A DNA stretch of 64,000 bases from Orbicella franksi (Eukaryota), in contig OZ116706.1 in NCBI GenBank assembly GCA_964199315.1, positions 30,752,001 to 30,816,000 of the forward strand, read 5' to 3'. Both the position numbers and the translations under genes were made by a program. Positions 46,401 through 58,400 of this stretch are shown in pieces. Each line of letters begins with the position of its first letter. Positions within the stretch are counted from its first letter, which is position 1. The notes below the pieces were generated by a model. It was given only the letters and a program-made list of their open reading frames with translations. It was not told the origin of the DNA and did no database searches.

Positions 46401-49400
46401 ACTTTATAGATGCATCGATTTCTTGTGTAATGTTGTCAGTTCTTTTCCGCAAATCTTCAATACTCCCCGAAGACAAGACTTGCTGCTGTACTGTCGATGT
46501 TGCGATATAACCATTCAAAGAGTTTAAAGATGGGGGAGAACAAATACATTCCACAGGAAACTGACTGAGTGCATCCATATCAAAAAGGACGTCGTCTTTT
46601 GGGATGTGGTTCACTGTGGACAACAACGTATTTACATCTCTCTTACTTTCACAGAACGTTCTCATCTCGTCCGACTTAAGCCTCTTGGACATTGGCAACT
46701 CACCCTCTCCACCCTTGGGACTACTCGTGTCAATCGTAGCGCAGTGGTCAATATTCCCTTTTCCTTCTTCAGCGGTAGATTTCTTTTCCTTGACAACTCG
46801 GGAAACGTCAGCAGTTGTAGTATTATTATTTATACGCTTGCCTGTATCTTGTTTTGACACTTGACTAGCAGTCGGATATGAAAATCGTTTCGTTCCAACT
46901 GATCGCCGTAATCCGGGAACTTTACAAACCGACCTCCTCCTAACGAGGTTGCCGTGATCATCCGCTGACCGAGTGGTGGACTCGGCAGAGTTTGAGCTTG
47001 TCTTTTTATTGGCTTCTTCAGAAAGGTTCGTTTTGTTTGGTGGGGTTCGAATGCCTTGTTGAAGGTCTTCAGTTGGTTGACTAGAGGTGTTTAGTATCAC
47101 CTGATCAACGCGCGATGACTGGGCATTCAAACTGACGGAAAGCGACGAACCTGCAAGAAAAACAAGGGTCGATAATTTTCTCGTACTTTTTGCTAGGTTA
47201 AAGCAGCTCAGTCACGGTATTTTGTGTCATTTTGGCCCAGCACAAAATAAGCTTCTGGGGTTCTTTTCAAAATTTCCGACGAGGACCCCCGTCCCTTTTA
47301 TATGGGAGTCACCCCCCCGGGGACGATAGCCTCTCCCTCCCCCCTCCAAAGGAACAAAATGCGTGACGACACATGAGTAGGAGGCTAGGGAGACGATGAC
47401 CCTTCCGCAGGACATGTTTTTATAAAAAAAAGCACCCACATTGACAGATTGCAATCCCGTCACATCTTGTAAACTGATATCTAAAATGATTTGTGAATGA
47501 AAATTTGCCTCTTTGCGAACAAGTCCTCTTGCTTGGCACATGTTACTAGCCTGCAAACTTTTGGTAAAACGTCAAGTTATAAACACCAACTTGGTTGGTG
47601 AGAACGTTATAGCTAACTTCACTTTTTTAATTCTACTTCCTATTCATTTTTGAGCTGGCAGGAGTATCAGCTTCGGCTATCTCATGGGATTCCCTGGTCA
47701 GCGTCTGTGAAACTCAACTGGGTTCAGTCGGACGCACGCACATGAAGGCAGTTTCTGGTCGCTTGGTGAACAACTACACGCTAAGCAATGCTCCAGTGTA
47801 TCGGGAAGGATATCCTTTGTACCGGTATTACATCGCCTTTCGAAAGGACAAAGCTGCGAGGATCTCCTATGAGGAAGAAAGACTACTGGATGAACGAAGA
47901 AACTTGTGTCTGGAAGACGCACCAGAGAAGAAAACGCTGCGTGCTTGTTTAGAATTCGCAAAACGACGTTTTCGGCGATTTTCCGAAGATTTCCGACCAC
48001 TTTCCGAAGATTTCCGAAGATACTTCAAAATTTGTCCGAAGGCCAGACGAACGTTTTCAAACATTTTACAAAGACTTCCGAAGATAACCGAAGATGTTGT
48101 GATAATACACCAACGAATTTAAATGCTGTTAAAGAGACAAAAATATTATCAAAAATGATATCACACATGTGGGATATCGCTTTTAACAATTTGCTACCAC
48201 TCGATCTACCTCTAGCTTTTATATAATAAAATCATAACATCGACGAACGCAGTTCACGTACACAGCGACGCGGTGTAAACTTCGTTTGAATGATTAGCTC
48301 TTGGAGTTTAGTTTCCGGGTTTAGAGGTTGATATGTTTGGAGAAGAACAAACAGATACTTAAACAACTTCAGTACAAAAGTTTATTATAGAAACCACAGA
48401 GGCACCCGTTTTCTTCTATACCTAAAACGCATGTTTAAGGTTTTCAATGACCATTTTTGACAAATATTAAACATGTTTCTGTTTGCTACTTAAACGCGGC
48501 CAATCAGGGTTTAATGGTAAAATTTCCTTTTCTTGTATTGGCTCCATCCGGTCTACTGCGTATTTAATATTCTAAACACGCCTGATCATAAAGTCGGGAG
48601 CCAGGCCAGATGGTTACTGAGGTTATGGTTTAAAACACAGCTCGTTTGTGCAAGGAACAGAACCACCAGGAGAAAGATGGGGCCTTTAAAGTCGTTCTTG
48701 ATTCTGTTTTTAGCAGTGCTGTCGTTAACGCTGTGTGTTGAAAGTCGCAGTTACAGTATTTTACCGGAAAAAGGTAAGACTTGAAAGGTTTTTAGCAGAT
48801 CTCACAAAACATCGCGTGACCAATGTCTGAGCAGAATTTTGAATTTGTTAACAAATGGTGGGCTTAGTTGAAGTTCCTAAGCATAAAGCGATTCCTTTTT
48901 AAAACACCTTCTCTGTAAAATTCTTATATTCGGATTCATATCGGCAATATTGAATGTTACAATAAATTTGGAAATTAAACAACCGAAAGCTATCGGTTTT
49001 ATGAAACTGCCGAGGAGACAATGATAGCCTGAATCGAACTCAGAAAATCTCAAAATGCATTTAATGCTTTAAACCTTCAAATTTTGAACTAGTGAAAGGG
49101 TAACTAGTGAAAACAGTACTAAGAAAATGAATTGTTCAAATTTTTAGGTGCCGAAAGTCGACTGTCTTAGAATATTCGACACGATAATGCTGCTTAATAT
49201 ACTAAACATAGACTATTTAAGATGCACCAACTGATTAAGCCACAATTACTGCAATTAACGTACACGCAACCAAGAACACTTTGTTAATTCGTCTGACTTA
49301 AAAAAAAAGTTAACCGGCAAGAAATTTATCAAAATACGTTAAGAAATATAAGAACGGGGTGAATAAAATTTCAATGGTTATTCTTGCGGTATCACTGAAA

Positions 49401-52400
49401 TACTAGTTGAAAGACACGCCTTTTGTTTGTGAACTTAAGTTTGCACTTTCGCGTCGTCTTCGAAGCCTTCAAAATTTGAATTTGAATGGTTTTCATTATC
49501 AGACTGGAACACTTTCTCATTGAGCGACATCTGCATGTGTTAAATTAAAATGATTTTCAAGGCCCGCTTATCACAAGTGAGGGGCCCTATGCACCTGTTT
49601 GTATTGTTGTCAGATAAACAAAGGACTGCTCTCCTTAAGTCTGGCAGGGTTTCTGAGAACACCTATTGACACATATCGTGAAAACATACTTCTCTTAGAA
49701 CAAAGAAATTATACAGGCGATGAAATCGCCTATTGGATATTTCCAATTCGACATAAATGTAATTCTAACAATTCTGGCGGAGTTCAGGACTATTTTAACA
49801 AAGAGAAATTTACTCTCGCACAGTAAAACAGTGTATTCTCCGATATATAATTAATGTTGTAGAACAAATTAAAGCCAAAGTAGAGGAAATTCCAACTGAA
49901 GCCGGTTTTCGAAATAGAAAAATACCAACTAGGCAACAACAAACCAAACAGGCATAAGGAAGGTTAATGTTTGGATAAAATAAGGCCCCGTTCACACGTA
50001 TCCGGATATTTTTGAATCCGCAACTTTTTCTTTCCGGATACGGCCTCCGTCCACACGCATCCGGCGAATTAGGCAGCGAATCCAGATATTTTTGAATCCG
50101 CTCTCCAGACTGGAAAAAAATAAATCCGCAACGAATCCGATAACGTGTGGACGGTGAATCCGAATAGTTTCAAATCCGATGACGTAGCAAAATCGCGTCC
50201 AGTCTCTTACCGAACAATAAACCAATATGGCGGCACAACGTGTAGGCCTAGTTTCTCTTGAGTGAATCCGGATGCCATCGGATGCGTGTGGACAGGCGAA
50301 TTCGATTTGAATACGCTACGTGTGGACGGGGAAATTTTTGAATCCGGAAAGAAAAAGTTGCGGATTCAAGAATATCCGGACACGTGTGGACAGGGCCTAA
50401 AATGCATATTCAGGCTAATGTATTCCAGATCCATTCGCAAAGTGGCACGTTTAAATAATTGCTCAGTGCCTTCTGTTTGCGCCAATGTATATATTTTTTA
50501 AACCCTAGCTCGCAAGAGGCATCGTGGTTTAAATTTTTGCGCGGAACAATTTTCGCATAAGAGTTCTCCGCAAAAAGAAAAGAAACAAACGTTCCAGCCA
50601 AATCTAAAGAAATTCAGTAAAATTTTCCTGTGCAACTAATTTGCTTTGACAACACTGGGGTGTAGAAGATACGTTCTGGTTAATTTGAATAAAAACAGTC
50701 TTTAGGTTTATACGTTACACTGCAGGTGTTTTAATTCGGAGACAATGGGAGTTGAAAACTGACACAATCACTGAATAAAACGTCTAAGCATTCCTGTCTC
50801 AATTTATATCATGCCTACGAAAAGAGTTAAAATGCTAGTGTTGCAGTAGGAATTGAACTTTCAGTTTCCCCTAAATGGAAATATGACAGAAGAAAAAAAG
50901 ACTCCAAGATTTACATGTGAAACATAATCGTGTCTATGACAAATTCTCGATTGGTTCTCCGCGCCTAATTCTGTTACCACTAATATTATTTAATCAATTG
51001 ATTTAAAAAACCACGCTAGTATCTCATAATGTTGCTTATGACTGGTTTTTACCAGCATGTTTGTATATATACAACAAAGGCAATGACACAAAGGAGATGA
51101 GAGCGGGCTACATAAATTTACTGATTTAATGAAAATAAAATGGTGTGTTTTATAAAGGTTACTCCTCAACCAGTAAGCAGTGAGCACCGTGCATCTGTTG
51201 TTCCTATAAGAACTGAACATTCAGTTTGCTTTATTTGTTTCTTTTTTATTCAACTAGACGATGACACTGAGGAGTTGGGAGTGGATTACCTCGAGTTACG
51301 TAGGTTAAAGAAATTGTAATTTTGTGTCCCTAATTAAGGAAAGTTGTTCATGATTGGTTTTATATGTTGATCTTTGGGTTTCTTCTCTTTTTAACAAAGG
51401 CGATGAAACAGGGGACTTGCGAGCAGATTACAATAATTTGCGTACGCTAGAGAGAATAATTATAGCTTTGTGTTAAGGAAAGTTGTTCATGATTGGTTTT
51501 ACATGTTGATCTTTGGGTTTCTCCTCTTTTTAACAAAGGCGATGATACAGAGGACTTGGGAGCAGATCACAATAATTTGCGTACGTTAAAGAGAATATAA
51601 CTTTGTGTTAAGGAAAATTGTTCAAGATTGGTTTTCTATGTTCATCTTTGGGTTTCTTCTCTTTTTAACAAAGGCGATGAAACAGAGGACTTGGGAGCGG
51701 ATTACAATAGTCTGCGTAAGTTAAAGAGAATATAAAAGAATTGGTTCATGCTTTTAGCGTACATCGAGTTATGGATGCACTTGGAAAGTTTGAAGAGCAC
51801 CCAGGAAGCTAGAGTTGCTCTCGGCTATCGCCTCGAGCAACTCTTACGCTTCTTTCGTGCTCTCCAAACGTCCCGCATGCATCCATAACTCGATATACGC
51901 ACGCTAAGCATGAACAAGGAAAATGGTTCATGATTGGTTTTATATGTTGATCTTTGGGTTTCTTCTCTTTTTAACAAAGGCGATGACGCAGAAGACTTGG
52001 GAGCGGATTACAATAATTTGCGTAAGTTCAAGAGAATATAGCTTTGTCTTAAGAAACGTAGCAAATGGCTAGTTTTGTGTATTACTAACATGTTTCTTCT
52101 TTTCACCACAAAGGCGATGACACAGAGGACTTAGGAGCAGACTTCATTAATTTAGGTTCGTCAAAGAGAATATGACTTAACTAATTTGACCTACTAAGTA
52201 ACTAAGTTGTACATGATTGGTTTTATATGTTGGTCACTGATTTCTTCTCTTTTTAACAAAGACGATTACACGGAGGACTTGGGAGCGGATTACTACAACT
52301 TGGGTAAGTTAAAGAGAATATAATCTTGTGTTAAGGAAAGATTTTCATGACTGGTTTTGTATATTGGTCAGTGTTCGTTATTGATGTTCTTCTTTTTTTC

Positions 52401-55400
52401 AACAAAGGCGATGACACAGAGAAAGTGGGAGCGGACTACATTAATTTACGTAAGTTAGAGAAATAATTTTCTGTTTCAGAAAGGTTGAACTAAGATGGTT
52501 ACGGTTGTTAACAGACAATTTGTAGCCATCATCACCTGCTGGATTTCGTCTTTAGATCTCATCCACATGAACAGAAAATTGGAAGAGAAACTTCGTTCTG
52601 GCTTGATAACGGCTTTAAGCTGTTTTCAACGTATTTCACAAAGTTTATCAGGGGTCTGAGGTCTTGTGGACACGAAATGAGCTTTGTTTTATCACTTGAA
52701 AATTTTCATGTAAACTGAATCAAAACTGAAACTGTAGGAGTTTCCCATATGTTCTCCCTAATTAACAAATGGTAAACGCCATAACGTGTACTATTGAGTT
52801 ATGGATGCACGCGGGAGGTTGCTAAGCACGAAAGAAGCGTAAGAGTCGCACGAGGCGATCGCCTCGTGCGACTCTAGCTTCTTGAGTGCTTAGCAAACCT
52901 CCCAAGTGCATCCATAACTCAATAGTACACGCTACGGCGTTTACCATTTGTTTTATAACATAACATTGAAACATTGGAACAACAGAAGTCCTTTTATTGA
53001 GCTACATCCCAAAAAATGTAGTCTTACATGACAAGAGAAAACAAGCGCGCGAAAATTCATTCATGAAAACCGACTGCACACCAGTAACTCGATAAAGTTT
53101 CATCTTCACACAACTGTGAAGACAGTTTCGCATTTCTGGGAGAAGGACGTCGGCCATTACTTTGGAAACAATGTCTGTCAAAAGATTTGCTTTGTAAACA
53201 TTAGCACACACGTCAGCAGCGTACACCCATGGGCAAATAGTAGACGCTAAATTAACCAATCAGAGCGCGCGCTTTGCTTTAGTTATGTTATAATTATTCT
53301 ATTTGTACACGTGACAGCCACGTGTGGCAAGTCGTCAGCAGCAGGAAGCCGCGTGATTGGTGGCACGGACGCTGCTCCAGGTGAATGGCCCTGGCAAGCG
53401 AAGCTTAGAACCAAAGACTCAGGATTCATCTGTGGCGGCTCGCTCATCACACCAACATGGGTAATGACTGCTGCTCACTGCGTCTCAAGTTCTGATGATC
53501 CCAGCGTGTACAGCGTGACGATGGGGGACCTCAACAGAGAGAAACCCGAGGGAACCGAGCAGGAGTTCAGCGTCAAAAGAGTGGTAGTACACCCTAAGTA
53601 CAATTCGCCGATTGCTATCAATAACGACATAGCTTTGCTGCAGTTGACACGTTCAGCAAGCAAGAATTCCTTTGTGAACACGGTGTGTTTGCCGGACGAG
53701 TCGGAGGTCGTGCCAGTTGGAACCAAATGTTACATTTCAGGTAAAAATGAACTTGTTATTGTCTCTGTCAATATACACTTGAGTAAAGAACTGCAGGCTG
53801 CACTTCACAAGCGAGCGTAGAACTGCCTCATTTTAACGACTAAGAATAAGAGAACTTGCAGAGACTGAGAGTTTCTTGTATTAAAAAAAATTGCAGCTAA
53901 ATAACTGAGAGAAAAATGCAGTGGAACAAAAATCCCTTATTCGATAGTTTTAAATATAACACTTTTAACTGACAGCTTATTCTTTTGAGAAACTTACTTA
54001 ACCCATTGTTTCATCGACGAAGTCTGTGTATCAGTTACGGTAAGCTCTCTAATAATTTTTAGTGATTATTGGTCAGATAGAATCTCATATAGACCAGTTG
54101 TCGAACAAAGAAGTCGTCGGACAAAATTCATTCGGTTCTTCTTCGATTTTGACAGTTGCACGGTAGGGAACCGGTTTGAAAAACGCTTAAACCTCCTTTA
54201 GATCCTGGAAGTTTCGAGCCGATATTTTTAACCATTAAATTGCTGTTAACTGAGAATTCGACGAAATGGCATAGAATTTATCAGGTTCACGAGCATTAGG
54301 TGGATGTCTGCGTTCTTCACTAAACGAGTTCCAGTCGAACAGTTGTAATGCGAACACAGTCAAAGTAGGACTGCTCGATCCGGAGTCGAGTGAACTAACC
54401 ATGAGGACACCGTGCCTCCACAACACAATCAAATAAAACGGAACTTATTCTGTGTGAATGTTGTTTTGTTATTACAGGTTGGGGACAGATGACTCATCCC
54501 GACGATGCAGCCATTAAACTCCAACAAGCTCCCATGCCGGTCGTGTCCAATCGTGTCTGCCAAGCCAAGCACATGAAATCACCTATCAGCAGTGCTGGGG
54601 AGACCGCCGTGACTTCAGCTATGCTGTGTGCAGGAGACGCCGGCAAAACCAAGATAAGCGGCTGCTTTGGTGACAGTGGAGGACCTTTTGTTTGCCGAAA
54701 CACAGCTGGCCAGTGGGTACAGCAGGGGATCGTGAGCTGGGGTGATACGGTCTGCTCTTCAAAGAGTCACTTCACTGTGTTTGCTCGAGTGAGTGTCTTT
54801 CGACAATGGATCGAGGATACAATTAGCGAGTAAATCGAAGGTGTTAAAAAATCGCTTGCAAAGAAACTAGCGATAAATTAAATTAAACAAAATCATGAAA
54901 ATACTTTTACTTAAACTAACAACAATAAAGCGATGAATCTGCCGATTTAGTGTTTGTGCTTTTTTGTTGTTGCTGTTGTTTTTCGTGTGAGTAATACAGA
55001 CCATTCAAGACGTCCATAAGTTTGATCGCTGTTCCAAGCAAGACTGGGCTAATAACCGAACAGAACACAATTTGTGGGAAATTAATTAGAGATGAAAGAT
55101 TATAGCCCGCTCGCTCGACAGGTTTACAGTTCAGATTGCTACACAACGAATTTTGTCAACGAATCACATTTGACAACCACAAAAACGGTTTACGCGCCTC
55201 CCAAACATTTAAGATCCCGGATTACATGAAGTCAAGTAATAGAACAAAGTCAACACAATTGACAAAAATCACTTCATCGGGTTTCAGCGGTTTTATTCTT
55301 TTTTTTGGGGGGGGGGGGGGTTATTTTTTTGGTTTAGTCAGCCCTGCTTGGTTGAAAAGAAACACCAGCATATTGCCGTGATTATGTAAAACACGCAGCC

Positions 55401-58400
55401 AATTAATCATCCTCACAACAACCGAAGAATAGCCACGCTCGCAGGATAGGTCATTCGCCCTTTTGCGTAAAACCCTCGTATGAACATGAGTTTTGAGCAA
55501 TACTCTTATTGTGAGAAATACACTGTACTCGTGCCCAAATAAAAACTTTTGTAACAGACTCCATGTTAAAGTTGAGTTGAAAGGCACATTGGACATGACC
55601 AATTGCTTTGATAGTAACTTACCACTGAAACTAACACACTAGAAGAAAGACAAAAATAAACGAGAAGCATTTTTCATTCTTAAGACTTCTTAAACACAAC
55701 CTACCTAGTCCAGAGGTTCGCGAATCTTTCTCAACTCCAGAACCCAGTTTGTCTGCCTCAAGCGCCATAGCCAGTTCAAAGGACCTCGAAGGAGAACCAA
55801 ACGTGACATCAGAAACTTCAAGTTTGCAATCCACTTCAGTGGCGTGACGAGTAATGTCACACGCCGCTCGTGCTTGTACTTTGTCACACAACAGGCTTGA
55901 CGAATTAGGAAGCGCACTTGTATCATGTGTAAGGCTCGTGTCACGATGTCTTGTCACGCACAGTTCATTTAGTCCTGTTATAAAACCGATTGAGTTGGTA
56001 GATGAAATTCTGGGCGTGGTTGCGATGTCACGATTCTCACTGAATACAGGTTTAGGAGTGGACTGGGCCAAAGCTTTGAATGGAGTCTTGGTGGTGGGTG
56101 AAAGAAAGGTGTTTGGACCTGGCGATTGAAACAGGTTTGACTTGGGAGATGATGGAGAGAACACCTTGGACTGGGGACGCCTTTCTACTGATGGTGAAAC
56201 GATCAAAGGCTCTTCATTTAACGTTTCTGAGAGACTTTTGACGTCACGTCTAGATTCATCATGATAAGAATACTCCACTAAGAATTCCTCCGCTATGCAA
56301 GAATTATCTGCCGTCTGTGCTGGGTCGCGTACAGCGTCCTCTTCCTCCAGTGGTTCTAAAGACAGGTCGTTTGTTTTAGCATCGTCCATGGATAGCTCTA
56401 CAGGGTCCATGGAATGATTGGCGGTCGAGCCAGAGAACAGGACTCGGGCAATACGCTGAAAAGATAATATACCCTGATTACCAGAAAGGCTTTGAGTAAC
56501 CAGAGTGCGTGTAAAAGCTTACAAAATAAGTCAGCCTCTGAGGTATAGCTCAACATTGTCACCGCATAAATTCAGCCAGCACAGACTGAGGGGCTTAGAA
56601 GAATGTGACTGCTTTCGGATAGAACATCACTCCACCGCATGAGACGTCTTTATGAATATCGTGAACATTCATCAGGCCTGTCTAATTCAATCAGAGACAC
56701 AAAACTATTGGGATCGACCGACTATTGACCGACTATCGACCGAGTGTTGACCGACTTTCGACTGACTGTCGACCGATATATGATCGGTCGATTATCGACC
56801 GACTCTCGACTGATATATCGACTGCCATATCGGTCGAGACTACCTACAGTAAACATGATCCAACTATTGCCTACTAAAATTATTGGTGCAGAGCCTGTCA
56901 TTTGTACCTTACGAAAAGTTTGCGATAATACAGGACATGAGTAAAAAAGAAATTATTTTAAAAAGAGATTACGAGATAACATTTAGCGCACCCTTGACGG
57001 AGGTTGGTCTTCTCCTTCTGTCGCGTTTTCATTCGTGTCTCCTGCATCTTCTTCTTCGCTATCACCTTCATCTGTAAAACACAAAATACAGTGAATTCGT
57101 AGGAAAAAAAACACGCGGTAGCGTGCTCATTCCAAAACCTATTCTGGAGCACAATCTGTTCCCCAGTCTTTACGACGTCGGTATTACTCGTAGACGCCGC
57201 GGAGCGGCGAAGGTCTGGAAACAAAGAAAGAGATGCTCATGGAAATAACACCCAAAACCCACTCAAAATGTATAAACTCTCCCACAATATGACGTATTTT
57301 ACAGTAGAATCCCACTTAAAACCAAATAATGAAAGAACCCGTAAGAGCCACGCTTTTAAGTTTGTAGTTCCTAGGGCAAAGAATGATATTTAAGTTTTCT
57401 GTCTTCCCACGAACAATCAATGAACGGAACTCTCTTCCTGAGCACATTGTGAATACAACGTTCGTGGATAGTTTTAAAGCAAGGCTAGTTAATAGTTATT
57501 AATGTTCCATGGTATTATTTTTAATGTTTTAGTTTTGATATCCCATTGTACTACTTTTACTCAGATTTTTACAGTTGGTGTGATATCTTACGATTTTCAC
57601 CGACTTAACTAGGTGTAGATGTAGATGTTAGGAGTAACAAGTCCACTACTCTATTGTCAGTGACCACCAGAACAAGGCAAGGCAATTATCCATTTTTTTT
57701 TTTTTTTTTTTAACAGAAACATTAATGACTGGTGGCCAATTCCAACATCAAACTCATCTTCTATTTATAGCTTACACTCTCAACCTGGTCCTACGCCAGG
57801 GACGCCTCTAGGCATTATTGTCTCATTAGGAGGTAGAACCTTTTAACTCAACAGAGCATTGTGGAAAAAGTTCTTTACAGATCTGCAATGATTTATGAAT
57901 AAAAATTAAAAACGAGACAAAACGCTTCAGGCGACGTTAGGAGAAAACATTTGTTCATTCGCACATTTCACCAGCGACAACTGTACCCAGTGAATAGAAA
58001 ACTATATTCAATCGATATTTGTTCTATAACACTGTCGTACACTATACATTAGACATTAGAGAAAAGGTCACAGAAACGCTTGGAAGCAAAGTAAAGACGG
58101 TTTAAATTAACTCTGACAGGGTATATGGGGTTTACAGCAAGGACACTCAAACCCTAACACTTAATTTCCACTCCCACCCCCTCCTTTTCTTGTTTTGCTT
58201 TGCTTTTGGTGACTATACGATGAGGACTCTCCATGAAATGTAAAGGATTAGGTTTTATTACATTGTAAAGATGCTAATCTCTTCCATGAAATGAAGAAGC
58301 CTCATTCTATAGTCACCGTAAAGAATATGTCGAGTATTCATGGTTCGAGTGCACTTAAAGTAACGCTTTAGGATGATCTCGATGTAAAATACCACAACAT

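Noticed and set aside
43107-46864. Many plus-strand and alternate-frame ORFs over the BRC exon
   Set aside because: They are shadows of the long BRCA2 frame and its repeats, with no independent signals.
51258-52449. CRISPR-like look of regularly spaced conserved units
   Set aside because: The units have splice signals, coding exons and homologous spacers, there are no cas genes, and the context is eukaryotic.
57100-57220. Possible extra BRCA2 micro-exon (DLRRSAAST) after a ccag acceptor
   Set aside because: It is phase-compatible but not required and its donor is uncertain, so it was left out of the model.
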